Positions 37,587-46,990 of a stretch of DNA of 64,000 nt are shown one piece after another (position 1 is the first letter of the stretch; every line of letters starts with the position of its first letter). Origin of the DNA: a virus (lineage: Duplodnaviria > Caudoviricetes). Position numbers and translations under genes: made by a program. The notes beneath the pieces were generated by a model that had not been told where the DNA came from, ran no database searches, and saw only the letters and a list, made by a program, of their open reading frames with translations. Location of the stretch: positions 64,001 to 128,000 of the IMG/VR virus record IMGVR_UViG_3300044719_000048, one strand, 5' to 3'.

Positions 37587-37976
37587 TTATTTGGGAATGA
37601 CGATCAGGTTGACGGTCCAGTGGAAATCGAAGTAATGCGATTCTGAAGGAGCCGTAGTGTTCGGCCGAACGTACACGGCTTTCACAAGCACGTCGTCCCA
37701 GTGGTGTCTCGGATCTTCCTTGGCCGGCAACTTCAAGGACAGTGCCACTGCGCTGTTCATGAGACGCTCAAGGGCATTTATCATGTGAGGAACGACTTCC
37801 TCGGCCGAGAGGTTGCCACCGCGGCCGTAGCCGATGACGAGCTCGCGCACATCCGAATGACCGATGTTGGTGGGAGAAGACGCGTACCACACAGACAGCG
37901 GACTCAGCGAGCGCAGAACGCCGTGTTTGGCAGCCCACTCGGCAACAGCTTTGGTCGATAGTTCTTGGAAAGTCAT
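37587..37976 (-). CDS. Hypothetical protein
   Basis: 129 aa, AAGGAG RBS, ATGA overlap. Confidence 0.6.
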   Translation of the reverse strand: MTFQELSTKAVAEWAAKHGVLRSLSPLSVWYASSPTNIGHSDVRELVIGYGRGGNLSAEEVVPHMINALERLMNSAVALSLKLPAKEDPRHHWDDVLVKAVYVRPNTTAPSESHYFDFHWTVNLIVIPK

Positions 37977-38320
37977 TTCGGCTCCTTGTTAGGGTAGTAG
38001 AAGCGGCGTGAATACGGCAAGATGGTGAGCATGATCGCATCGACGCGCTGCTTGATCTCGGCTATCTTGCGACGGTATTCCTCGACCTCAGGTCCACTCA
38101 AGATGAGACGCGCAAAGCCGGGACTTGCCAGTTGGTCTTGCATATGCAGTACTAAGGCAGCGCCGACTGCTTCGAGACCTTTTGGGCGTGGTGCATAATG
38201 TTGAATGCACCGCTCGATGTAGGCCTTATAGGCCTTCGACTTGTAAGAGCCCTTGAGTCGATCACACAAAGCCTCTCGGAGCTGACGCTGGAAGCGCCGT
38301 TCCATCACGTCTACTTGCAT
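37973..38320 (-). CDS. Hypothetical protein
   Basis: 115 aa, GGAGG RBS. Confidence 0.6.
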   Translation of the reverse strand: MQVDVMERRFQRQLREALCDRLKGSYKSKAYKAYIERCIQHYAPRPKGLEAVGAALVLHMQDQLASPGFARLILSGPEVEEYRRKIAEIKQRVDAIMLTILPYSRRFYYPNKEPK

Positions 38321-38754
38321 ACTTCCTCCACTGTCGTGACGCCGCGATCAACCAGATAGGCCCATGCCATCTCTCGCGACCAATCGAACAAAAAGTTCTG
38401 CTGCGGGCATCCCCATTCGCCTGACTCGTAGTAGAGGGGCAGTGCGCAGCGCGCAACCTCCATGCCGCGTACGATGTAGGATGGAGGACCTTCGTAGGTT
38501 GTCCAAGGCGTAATCAGCGTCACGTCCTGTACTTCCCGTGGAGACTGCGGGTCGGACACTACTAGCTCAAATCGGTGCCCACCTTCGCGCAGCATGTGCC
38601 GGAGGGCAAAGAATACTGGAGTGTTCTCGTACAAGAGTTTCCAGCGAAAACTCGCGTCATCGAACGGAGCGTACTTCAGGCGCTTTGCGGTCTCATCGAA
38701 CATTCCCATAGACCGGGAGCTGTGAATCATGAACTTCAGGTAGTCAGGTGTCAT
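38311..38754 (-). CDS. Hypothetical protein
   Basis: 147 aa, ATGA overlap. Confidence 0.6.
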   Translation of the reverse strand: MTPDYLKFMIHSSRSMGMFDETAKRLKYAPFDDASFRWKLLYENTPVFFALRHMLREGGHRFELVVSDPQSPREVQDVTLITPWTTYEGPPSYIVRGMEVARCALPLYYESGEWGCPQQNFLFDWSREMAWAYLVDRGVTTVEEVCK

Positions 38755-38966
38755 TCAGGCCTCTTGCAGGAATCGGGATCGAGTGTGTGCGTGCCGCACT
38801 CAGGGCAAGGAAGTCTCGACACGAATGCGACCTGAGTGCCGCTGAATTTCGTGTGCGAGACAAACGCATGGCCCTTGATGCACCGAGTCTCCACTTCAGG
38901 AAGACCTTCGCTCTCCGACCAATCCTCACTCGTCGTCTTTGGTTTTGTCACGATTGGCTTTCGCAT
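38751..38966 (-). CDS. Small putative zinc-binding protein
   Basis: C..GH...CPECG; fills the gap between coupled genes. Confidence 0.45.
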   Translation of the reverse strand: MRKPIVTKPKTTSEDWSESEGLPEVETRCIKGHAFVSHTKFSGTQVAFVSRLPCPECGTHTLDPDSCKRPE

Positions 38967-39948
38967 AAGAGATCGAACGTTCCATCAGCTTGACGATCGG
39001 CTCAGGCAGCTTCTTCTTCACCATGTAGAAGGCAAAGCATTCGGCGAACAGCTCCTTGAAGTTGACCGTCGCGTAGTCTGACACGATAGGCGCCAGCTCT
39101 TTGTGGCTGATATTGCGGACCGGCCAGACCTTCGCCACCTCGTCCTTCATGTCGGCCTCGAACAAGATGTCCAAATCCTGTATCGATAAGCCGTTGACCT
39201 GTTGGATCGTGCGGATCAGCCACTTGAACGCCAGTGCGTCCTCTTCATCGAGACCGCGCTTGAAGTCAGACGGAGGTTCCTCGCCACCGATCAAGGCGTC
39301 CAGTAACTGTTGTGACTTGTCCTTCTTGATCGTGTCCACGCGAATCGACGTGTTGAACAGCTTGAGCCAAGAAGCGTTCAGCTTCTTGGCAGGCTTGCAG
39401 TAGTCGAGGTGCAGATTGTGCCCGAGCTCGTGATACCACACGTACTGATACTCGGAGGCAGGCATGATCTCGGGGCGAATCTGAATACGCTTCGGTAGCT
39501 TCTCGTTCTTCGACTTCAGAAACCTCCCTGCGAACTTCTCGCCGTTGTACGGCAGGACTTCAAAGATCATATTGTCGAGGAGGAACAGCAGATCTTGTCG
39601 CTTGAGGCGTTCGGCCACCTTGTCCATCGATTCTTTGAGGTCTGCCAGCACTTGCTTATCCGGCCGATAGAAGAAGTGCACGTCCCCGAACTTGTCGTGG
39701 GTCAGTCGCTTTCGATGCAACGTACCCACGTCGTAGCCATAGACCTTGCCGGGGTGTGGGTCAGAGCCCAAGTTCAGCACCACGTCAGAGAGGGCCACCG
39801 TCATAGTGTGGCGAAGACCCTGAACGTGGCAATCCTTTTCCAGTACAGCTTCTACCGACCTCGAGTCGGAGTCTGCCAAGGCCTTGAACAGATAGTCCTT
39901 GCCTTGGTCTTGCTTGGCGATACCATAGTCGCCTTTGCGCATCTTCAT
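38926..39948 (-). CDS. Zincin-like metallopeptidase
   Basis: YHELGHNLH (HExxH) and distal SDYATVNFKELFAECF third-ligand segment. Confidence 0.7.
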   Translation of the reverse strand: MKMRKGDYGIAKQDQGKDYLFKALADSDSRSVEAVLEKDCHVQGLRHTMTVALSDVVLNLGSDPHPGKVYGYDVGTLHRKRLTHDKFGDVHFFYRPDKQVLADLKESMDKVAERLKRQDLLFLLDNMIFEVLPYNGEKFAGRFLKSKNEKLPKRIQIRPEIMPASEYQYVWYHELGHNLHLDYCKPAKKLNASWLKLFNTSIRVDTIKKDKSQQLLDALIGGEEPPSDFKRGLDEEDALAFKWLIRTIQQVNGLSIQDLDILFEADMKDEVAKVWPVRNISHKELAPIVSDYATVNFKELFAECFAFYMVKKKLPEPIVKLMERSISYAKANRDKTKDDE

Positions 39949-39960
39949 TCGATACCCCTA

Positions 39961-39995
39961 AAGAAAAAGCCCAGCCCTGTTAAGGACCGGGCTTT
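39961..39995 (-). terminator. Intrinsic terminator
   Basis: AAAGCCCGGTCCT-TAAC-AGGGCTGGGCTTT TTCTT on the - strand. Confidence 0.8.
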
Positions 39996-40008
39996 GGTTG
40001 GCAGCTGC

Positions 40009-40929
40009 TTAGTGTGCGGCCACTTCGACTTGCACAGCGACCGGCGGCGTGGCGACTTCTGTGAAGGCGACGGTTTCCGGTTCGGTAGAGGCTTCGATTT
40101 CGGCCAGCTCCACGTCAGCGGCGGCCTCTTCAGCAGAAACGACTTGCGGCTCTGCTACGGGCGCAGTAGTCGACGTTTCCGGTGCGTAGGTGGTGAAGAT
40201 CACCTGGTACATGTGGCTTCCGTAGAAGACACACGGGTAGACGCCGAGGAACTCGTTCCAGTTCACGTGTACGGGAGCGCCCTCGATTTCGATCTCGAAC
40301 GTGAAAATCGACTTGCCACTCTGTTCCGACGACGGCGAGAACGCAGCAATCAAGGCGTCGCGCGTGATGCCCTTCTCGGAACGGATGAACAGCGAATGCT
40401 GAACCGAACGAGGGGAAGTTCCAGGCGACTGCTGATACGACGAGACGGCCTGCGCCAGATACTCGGCGTCGAGGACCGAAGGCAGGTCTGACGACGGAAT
40501 GAGCTTCACGATCGGACCTGCGTTGTCCGTGGAATCGCTGCCGTAGTCGTCTTTCTGGAGTTCTTGGCCGTCGGATTGAGTGCCGTCATCGTCACCCAGG
40601 TCTTCTCCGTCCTCGATGACCAGCTCATCTTCATCGGAGTTCAGATCGAGGGCGTCTTCGCTGTCGGAGTTGCTGATAGCCAGCAGGTTCATCAGACGGG
40701 CTTCCAGTTCCGGGTCGACCATATGGAACTTGCGCTTGTTCAGGAAGCGGTCGATGTCGCAGCTCAGAACGTTGTTGTTCTCGTCGGCATACACGACCTG
40801 TGCCGGATACTGCTTGCGCACCTTTTCGGGCAGAGCCATGTTGGTCAGGAACAGGAAGCGCGCTTCGCGGCCGTCCTCACGGACGAAGATGGAACCGGGG
40901 GTCAGGAAATCCAGATCAGCAATGTTCAT
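40009..40929 (-). CDS. Acidic hypothetical protein (stand-alone unit)
   Basis: 306 aa, GAGGA RBS, bracketed by an AGTAAATA motif and a terminator. Confidence 0.75.
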   Translation of the reverse strand: MNIADLDFLTPGSIFVREDGREARFLFLTNMALPEKVRKQYPAQVVYADENNNVLSCDIDRFLNKRKFHMVDPELEARLMNLLAISNSDSEDALDLNSDEDELVIEDGEDLGDDDGTQSDGQELQKDDYGSDSTDNAGPIVKLIPSSDLPSVLDAEYLAQAVSSYQQSPGTSPRSVQHSLFIRSEKGITRDALIAAFSPSSEQSGKSIFTFEIEIEGAPVHVNWNEFLGVYPCVFYGSHMYQVIFTTYAPETSTTAPVAEPQVVSAEEAAADVELAEIEASTEPETVAFTEVATPPVAVQVEVAAH

Positions 40930-40963
40930 TTAATCCTCATAGGGTTAGGGTAATTACGGACTT

Positions 40964-40971
40964 TATTTACT
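40964..40971 (-). promoter_or_regulatory. AGTAAATA promoter-like motif (class B)
   Basis: Intergenic, 35 nt before the ATG at 40929. Confidence 0.6.
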
Positions 40972-40988
40972 AGTGCGCGTGTCGCACT

Positions 40989-41477
40989 CTAGAAAGGACC
41001 CGGCTGCGTCTGCCAGCAGGTGATACCACGTTCACGCCACATCGCAACGGTCGAATCGCGGTCTTCGATGACCAGCAGGATGCGGTCGAGCGAGTAGCCA
41101 GCCTCTTCGATCAGGCGGGGCTTGAGCACAGTGTCGTGCTCCTTCTCACTGTCGAGTGGACGCATCAGCAACTTGGACTGATCGATCTGAAAGCCGAACA
41201 GCTCTTGCAGCTGCAGGGTCGTGTACTCGCGGCAAAGCTCAGAACGGCCGGTGACGAACAAGTATTCCAGAGACTGGGTGTCTCGTACCATGTCGAGGAA
41301 CATCCCATACACGACATGCCCTGCCGGAATCGTCTTGTCCGTGTGGTACAGATTGTCGTATGTCTCGCGGTCGCCATTCAGGAAATGTGGGAGACGCTCC
41401 TCCGAATCTACGAGACACCCATCGATGTCCAAGATGATCAGGTTCTTTTGGGTTTGGGTGATCTGTACGTGGTTCAT
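40989..41477 (-). CDS. HAD-family phosphatase (polynucleotide 3'-phosphatase-like)
   Basis: [16 protein letters not shown]...D..LK, IEDRD...MWRERG resemble the T4 PNKP phosphatase domain. Confidence 0.85.
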   Translation of the reverse strand: MNHVQITQTQKNLIILDIDGCLVDSEERLPHFLNGDRETYDNLYHTDKTIPAGHVVYGMFLDMVRDTQSLEYLFVTGRSELCREYTTLQLQELFGFQIDQSKLLMRPLDSEKEHDTVLKPRLIEEAGYSLDRILLVIEDRDSTVAMWRERGITCWQTQPGPF

Positions 41478-42157
41478 TTATGGCTCAGGGTAACGAACTC
41501 GGAACGAGTTTCGGGATTGCGGAAAGCGCCGCCGACCTTGGACGTCACCGTATCGGAACAGGCGTCTTCCACGCCGCGCGTTTTCACGCACATATGTTCG
41601 GCTTCGATGATGACGGCAACGTCTTCGGTTTCCAGAATGAAGCACAGGGCGGCGTGAATCTGTGCGGTCAAGCGCTCCTGCACTTGCGGGCGGGCAGCAA
41701 AGAACTGCACGATGCGATTCATCTTCGACAAGCCCAAGACCTTGGCGCCCGGAATGTACGCCACGTGAGCCTTGCCGATGATGGGCAACAAGTGGTGCTC
41801 ACACGTCGAATTCAGCGTGATGTTGCGCTCGAGCACCATCTCGTCCACGTGCATCTTGTTCTCGATGACCGTGCACTTAGGGAACTCATCGTAGTTGAGC
41901 CCCTTGAAGACCTCGTTCATGAACATTTTCGCCACGCGCGTCGGCGTCTCGCTCAGGCTGTCGTCGAGCAAGTCGAGATGCAGTTCCTCCATTATGGCGT
42001 GCACATGGCGTTCGATACGACTCAGTCGGCCAGCATCGTACTGAGCGTCCTTTACGGAAAGAGCGAGAGACTGCGGCACCTGCAACATCGGCGTTTCGAT
42101 GCCGAGCTGCTTCAGATGCTCGTTGACCAGCTTGCCCAGTTGAGGGTCGTTCTTCAT
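41474..42157 (-). CDS. folE: GTP cyclohydrolase I
   Basis: [49 protein letters not shown]. Confidence 0.98.
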   Translation of the reverse strand: MKNDPQLGKLVNEHLKQLGIETPMLQVPQSLALSVKDAQYDAGRLSRIERHVHAIMEELHLDLLDDSLSETPTRVAKMFMNEVFKGLNYDEFPKCTVIENKMHVDEMVLERNITLNSTCEHHLLPIIGKAHVAYIPGAKVLGLSKMNRIVQFFAARPQVQERLTAQIHAALCFILETEDVAVIIEAEHMCVKTRGVEDACSDTVTSKVGGAFRNPETRSEFVTLSHK

Positions 42158-42167
42158 GTTGTTCCTT

Positions 42168-42965
42168 TCAGGCTAATGCACAGATGGTGTGCATCTGAAT
42201 AGACAGACGCAGATTGTTTTTCAGCGCGTACGCGGCTGCGTAGCGGTAGTTGGCGGCCGTCTGCTCCTGATCGACGAGCTCAGCGTCCCATATGCTGGAG
42301 ACTTCGCCTTCATAGGGCTTCCGGTAGACGGTCATTGGCGAAACCATCACGATCTTGTGACTGCGCAGCGCCCACTCAGGAATCGTGTGATGCGCCGACT
42401 CCGGATCGGCAGAGATCACGAACTTGTATGCGTGCGCCCACCACTGGACCTTCTCAGGCACTTGCGGGTACTTCTTGAGTCGCTCGTTCGCCTTTGGGCT
42501 GACGATGAACTCCAGTCGGTCGTCGCCAATCAAGCCCATGTGCTCGGCCTGCTCGAAGAACTTCGGCTGCGTGCCGTTCGTTTCCACTTGGATAGCAGAG
42601 AAATGGCACAGGGCTTTGGTGATCAGCGCCAGTACATTGGCTTGCAGCGTGGGCTCTCCGCCAGTGATGACCAAGATGTCTGAGGGGGAGTAGCCCTTGA
42701 CCCGCAGCAGGACCTCGAGCACGGTGTCGATGTTCAGAATCGAGGCCTTATCGAATTGGAACGACGTGTCGCAAAACAAGCAGTGGTCGGTCTTCGATCC
42801 GTAGTTGCATCCCGCGAGACGAAGGAAGACCGCGGGCTGTCCGGCCCGTGTTCCTTCTCCTTGCAGCGTACGGAACCAAGATGTCACGCGTAATCGATTG
42901 TCCATGAAGCGGTAGTCACGGGCACTGATATTGCGGTCTTGGTTTTGAACTTGGATGGGTATCAT
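42168..42965 (-). CDS. queE: 7-carboxy-7-deazaguanine synthase (radical SAM)
   Basis: [22 protein letters not shown]...[30 protein letters not shown]; start at MIPIQ (ATGA coupling). Confidence 0.95.
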   Translation of the reverse strand: MIPIQVQNQDRNISARDYRFMDNRLRVTSWFRTLQGEGTRAGQPAVFLRLAGCNYGSKTDHCLFCDTSFQFDKASILNIDTVLEVLLRVKGYSPSDILVITGGEPTLQANVLALITKALCHFSAIQVETNGTQPKFFEQAEHMGLIGDDRLEFIVSPKANERLKKYPQVPEKVQWWAHAYKFVISADPESAHHTIPEWALRSHKIVMVSPMTVYRKPYEGEVSSIWDAELVDQEQTAANYRYAAAYALKNNLRLSIQMHTICALA

Positions 42966-43393
42966 GGCGCTTTCACCTTCGAGTTGAAGACCCGGTCGTT
43001 GTAGCACAACCGGGATTGCATACGAATGAAGGACTTGGGGAGCCCTTCCTCTACGTTATTTACGTAGTAGTCGTACAGCTGCTTCGTCGTCGGAATGTTG
43101 TTGTACTTGGGGATCTCTACTGAGACCTCGTTCGGCATCAGCGACTTCGGATCCGGCATACTAGTGCGCGTCCAGATGCCGGAGCCTTTTGTGTAATGCC
43201 ATCCGAGGATAGGCACACCTGCCGCGTGCAGATATGCCAGTCCGGAGACCACAACGAGAAATTTGTGCTTGCGCTTTGCTTTCTCGATGTTGTGGACTCC
43301 GATTGCGAGGTCGACGTTGCCCGAAGCCCATTTGCGGAACTCCGGTGACAGCGATGGATACCCGTAGACGTTCTTTGCTTTGAGTACCCTCAT
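42962..43393 (-). CDS. Orphan protein inside the deazaguanine operon
   Basis: 143 aa, ATGA-coupled on both sides. Confidence 0.7.
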   Translation of the reverse strand: MRVLKAKNVYGYPSLSPEFRKWASGNVDLAIGVHNIEKAKRKHKFLVVVSGLAYLHAAGVPILGWHYTKGSGIWTRTSMPDPKSLMPNEVSVEIPKYNNIPTTKQLYDYYVNNVEEGLPKSFIRMQSRLCYNDRVFNSKVKAP

Positions 43394-44832
43394 TTCTTCC
43401 CTTTCTTGGTTGACATGCCGTGGAATTCCTCATAGCGCATGATGGCCTTCGTCACGTTGGCCTCGGCCTTCTTGTGCTGCTCGTTGACCTTCTGCGCCGC
43501 AGTGAATAAGCCCTTGTCCTCCTTGTTCTTCCGCATGAACTCTTTCAAGGCTGGGCCGTGCTTGGTCCACGCCCTGTCGAAGCCCTTGTCCATGTCGCAA
43601 ACGAAAGCAAAAAGCATGCGGTAGAGAGGCCACAGGGCCTTGCGCGGCTGAATGGTCAGCAGCAACTCGTCCAGAGGCAGCTTGCCATTCAAATACATCT
43701 TGGTCATAGACGCAATGATCTCGGCCAATCGACGTTGCACGAACAGCGTATGGATTGCGTTGGCGTCCTGCGACATACGATAGACTTGTGCATCGCCAGC
43801 CAGATTGCAGACCGGGCAGTTGCACGCCAGCCCGAACGGAGCGGCGAGGGTCTCCAACGGACCTGCCGATACTTGGTCCTTGCGGCTGATGATCGTGCCC
43901 CTTGTCCAGAACGACAGGCTTGCCTGACTGTACGTCGAGGAGTCCGCAGTGATGAACGGCGCCGTCTCGTTCAAGGTCAGAATGTTGTAGAGCGCGATGT
44001 GCAGCGGGCTCATCGTCCCCAGAATGTGGAACCGATCATATACACCCTTGGAGCGGCACAACACATAGCACATGTTGATGACCGAGGCCGTTACCGAAGT
44101 CAACTGGTTGTCGTAGTTTGCTTGACCGATACCGCCCATAGACAGGCCGGAGCCCACCTTGTGCTTCAGCACGTAGTCGAGGAACTTGGCGCGATTCTCC
44201 AGTGTCAACCCGTGCGACACATCGTAGAGCTCGCAACCACTTCCCTTGATCTTCTTCGAGATGTACTCGTTGTTCTTCAGCATGACCTTGCACATGCGGA
44301 GGAACCAGTCGGTGCCCTGAAGGTGGCGAGGAACCGGAATGTCCATGCCGATGCCTATGTTTATCTTCTTCGCGTAGAAGTGCGAGACCTCATCGAGGTC
44401 CATGAACTCGGTCACGCCCTTCGACAGCTGGAAGCCACCTGAGTCAGACACCACATGGACCTTACCGTTGCGCCGCACGTAATCCGAAGTGGCCAGACGT
44501 TCCGGCGTGACCATCATCATGTTGTACCCGGCTTCGAGCATGAACTCAGGGGCTGTAAGCGGCGACAGATGCGTGGCCCGGTCGAACTCGAAGTCAGGAA
44601 TACCGAAGGTAGCACCGTTGCCGCGACCCACGAACACTGTCTTATCCTTGAGGTAGATCGTGTGCAGACCCTTCACTCTCTCGGACGTGTAAGGCTTCTT
44701 GGGTGTGCCGTAACGTACTCCGAGGAAGCTGTTCAGCGCCATCGAGTTGACGGCGGCCGGCATCAGAGATACGCGAGGGTTGACCGACTCTTTGTTCAGC
44801 AGCTTGTCGAGTGGAAGGCAGTCAGGTTTCAA
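43390..44832 (-). CDS. dpdA: TGT-family transglycosylase, probably DNA 7-deazaguanine insertase
   Basis: VVSDSGGFQ, GMDIP, HG, MGG, FHILG, TADSSTY, CNCPVC...H zinc site; preQ0 genes on both sides. Confidence 0.85.
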   Translation of the reverse strand: MKPDCLPLDKLLNKESVNPRVSLMPAAVNSMALNSFLGVRYGTPKKPYTSERVKGLHTIYLKDKTVFVGRGNGATFGIPDFEFDRATHLSPLTAPEFMLEAGYNMMMVTPERLATSDYVRRNGKVHVVSDSGGFQLSKGVTEFMDLDEVSHFYAKKINIGIGMDIPVPRHLQGTDWFLRMCKVMLKNNEYISKKIKGSGCELYDVSHGLTLENRAKFLDYVLKHKVGSGLSMGGIGQANYDNQLTSVTASVINMCYVLCRSKGVYDRFHILGTMSPLHIALYNILTLNETAPFITADSSTYSQASLSFWTRGTIISRKDQVSAGPLETLAAPFGLACNCPVCNLAGDAQVYRMSQDANAIHTLFVQRRLAEIIASMTKMYLNGKLPLDELLLTIQPRKALWPLYRMLFAFVCDMDKGFDRAWTKHGPALKEFMRKNKEDKGLFTAAQKVNEQHKKAEANVTKAIMRYEEFHGMSTKKGKK

Positions 44833-45592
44833 AGTCAGCCTCGTTCGATGTGATGTAGTCGGGAGGCAAGGCCGGAAGGATCTCGCTCTTGCGATCTTCG
44901 TCGTAGTGGTCGCCGGACTTCATGGCGTTCACCAGCTCGCGTAGCTCTCTGGTCTGGAGTGGATCAACGTTGTATTGCTCTTGGGCGATGCCGAGCTGGC
45001 GGAAGATACCCCACCGGCGCAGGCAGACAACGCAGCGACCGCAGTTACCGGCCTCACCGGACAGGCAACTGCTGCTGTGCTTGATCTGCTGTTCCGTGAT
45101 GCCGTTCTTCAACGCCCACTCGACAGCGCGCAGCTTGTTCATTTTGGCTTCCGCCAGAGGAAAGCGAACCTGGACGTTCGACTTGAACGGAGCCAACACG
45201 TAACCGAGCGTCTCGTTCATGAGCTCTACGAACGCCCAGTTCTTGTCGGTGGCACTGTCGTGGGTTTCGCCTTGGAGTGCACCCATCCAGATTTGATCGG
45301 GCAGATACATGCAGGCAGCCGCAGTGGCCAACAGCATGTTGCGCCCCGGGATGTAGATGTTGCCGGAGGCCGACCCTTCTTTGGACTTCAGTTGGCCGTC
45401 GATGTCCACGTTCAGCCACGGCAGATCGCGCTGAATCACGTAATCAGGGAGAGCCGCGATCTCCTTGGCGGCATACTCCTGGCCGATGTTGTAGAACACG
45501 CAGGTAACGGTTGCGTCCGGGTAGTTGACCTCGGCGTAACGCTTCATGATGAGCGAGTCGAGGCCTCCGCTGTATAAGATGAGGATATTCAT
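44822..45592 (-). CDS. queC: 7-cyano-7-deazaguanine synthase-like ATP pyrophosphatase
   Basis: LYSGGLDS PP-loop, GQ...KE, YIPGRN, PL...K, SC...CGRCVVCLRR. Confidence 0.9.
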   Translation of the reverse strand: MNILILYSGGLDSLIMKRYAEVNYPDATVTCVFYNIGQEYAAKEIAALPDYVIQRDLPWLNVDIDGQLKSKEGSASGNIYIPGRNMLLATAAACMYLPDQIWMGALQGETHDSATDKNWAFVELMNETLGYVLAPFKSNVQVRFPLAEAKMNKLRAVEWALKNGITEQQIKHSSSCLSGEAGNCGRCVVCLRRWGIFRQLGIAQEQYNVDPLQTRELRELVNAMKSGDHYDEDRKSEILPALPPDYITSNEADFET

Positions 45593-46126
45593 TTAGATTG
45601 GCTTGCTATTGTTAGAGGTTTGGTTCCTGAAAAGGCCGCGATCGCCTTCGACCACGTGATCGATTTCCTCGTGAGGGAAGACGATCCAGTCAGAAGTGGT
45701 CATACCTGCAATATTTACTCGACTGCGGATGGACTCATCCACGTTGTTATCGAGCACCGCAGGCACGAACTCGGCGCTTACGTGGCTCCCATAGTAGGCT
45801 GCGTGTGCCGTCAGAACCTTGGTCAGCGTGCGTCCCTGCGCCACCACGTCTTCCAGATAGACGAACACCGCTCGGTCATCGTTCGTCAGGTCATCCCACG
45901 TTGGGTGCTGCACTCGCATCGGGTGCGGCGAAGCCATAGGGAAGACCACTCCGAGAGGCAGTGCCATCTTGTAGGCTACGAGCTGGCCGAACGTCAGGCC
46001 GCCCCGGGCGATAGCGAACAGGAACAGCCTGTCGGCCTTGATCTGCTCGGCGTATTTCACTCGGAGTTGTTCAACCACGTGGTTGGCAACGTCCTTCAGT
46101 TGTTCGTAGGTGAGGTAGACTTTCAT
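45593..46126 (-). CDS. Type I purine phosphoribosyltransferase (Gpt-like)
   Basis: AIARGGL, VYLEDVVAQGRTL PRPP-binding loop, WIVFPHE. Confidence 0.85.
   Translation of the reverse strand: MKVYLTYEQLKDVANHVVEQLRVKYAEQIKADRLFLFAIARGGLTFGQLVAYKMALPLGVVFPMASPHPMRVQHPTWDDLTNDDRAVFVYLEDVVAQGRTLTKVLTAHAAYYGSHVSAEFVPAVLDNNVDESIRSRVNIAGMTTSDWIVFPHEEIDHVVEGDRGLFRNQTSNNSKPI
45712..45719 (-). promoter_or_regulatory. AGTAAATA motif inside the PRT gene (possible internal promoter for queC-dpdA)
   Basis: Exact match, 120 nt upstream of the queC start. Confidence 0.3.
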
Positions 46127-46989
46127 AGTGGGTACGTGACATTCAATCCGAAGTTGGCGGCCGGCGTGTTGTAGCTTTCCACCCAGCGCACGATCTCGTT
46201 GTAGTTCGCGAACATTGTCTCATAACCGGCCGCACTGAATTCCTTGGGGTGCTTAATCGCGAGCTCCTGCACCTTCAAGGCCTTGCACAGCGCATTCAGA
46301 GTAGCCGAATCGGACAGCTTGTCGGTCTCGACGTGAATGACGTTCGGCAAGGCGTGCACCAATCGTTTGTGAACATCGAGACGACGAAGCATACGGCGTG
46401 CGTAGTCTTCTGGCATCGCCAGCTTAGTGGTCTTGCGTGCTTCCTCCTGTTCCGGGCATGGAGCGAAGATGCCAGTGTAGTCGCAGGCAAAGTTGCTGCA
46501 CAGCCACTTGACCAGGTCCGAAGGCATGAGGTTGATGGTCACGTCGAAGCCTTTCAGCACGGCATCCATCCACAGGTCGTTGGGAGCTTCCACGTCGCCC
46601 ATGAGCGTGACGATTTGGGTCTTCACCACATAGCTGAACTCGCGGTATCGGTTCAGCAGCGTCCTCAGGTAGTAGATGTGCTGATCAGTCAACACTTCCT
46701 CGTAGTGGCATTCCACGTAGCACATGGAGTGGTGCCGCGCCACGGGCAGGAAGGAAGAACCGCTGAAGTCCTTGAAGTGCGGATGCGTGCGGAACAGGAT
46801 GGCGTGCTCTGGATCGAACGGCTTCACAGCTTCGTACCCGAACTTGTATCCGTGGAACGACCATCCGTGGAAGTACTCACCCAAGTGCTTCTCGCTGCCA
46901 ATGGTCAGCGTGCGGCCCAAGGCCGTGTTTATCGCGTCTTGCAGGGACTTGCTTCCCGTACGCTGCATGCTCAGGATATGGACCTTCAT
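46123..46989 (-). CDS. Sulfotransferase-fold protein (Stf0-like)
   Basis: ILSMQRTGSKSL (5'-PSB loop), LGEYF, VVK, INL...DLV..LCS (degenerate 3'-PB), IHVETDKL, FANYNEI; start at MKVHIL. Confidence 0.65.
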   Translation of the reverse strand: MKVHILSMQRTGSKSLQDAINTALGRTLTIGSEKHLGEYFHGWSFHGYKFGYEAVKPFDPEHAILFRTHPHFKDFSGSSFLPVARHHSMCYVECHYEEVLTDQHIYYLRTLLNRYREFSYVVKTQIVTLMGDVEAPNDLWMDAVLKGFDVTINLMPSDLVKWLCSNFACDYTGIFAPCPEQEEARKTTKLAMPEDYARRMLRRLDVHKRLVHALPNVIHVETDKLSDSATLNALCKALKVQELAIKHPKEFSAAGYETMFANYNEIVRWVESYNTPAANFGLNVTYPL

Positions 46990-46990
46990 G

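Noticed and set aside
35744-43065. Near-matches to the class B motif (AGTAAATC near 35745, CGTAAATA near 43060)
   Set aside because: One mismatch each and inside coding sequence; they could be weak promoters but cannot be supported without TSS data.
43390-44832. dpdA as a tRNA-modifying Tgt for queuosine
   Set aside because: Divergent from bacterial Tgt outside the catalytic motifs, with no queF, queA, queG or tRNA genes in the window. A DNA target is more likely, but a tRNA target is not formally excluded.
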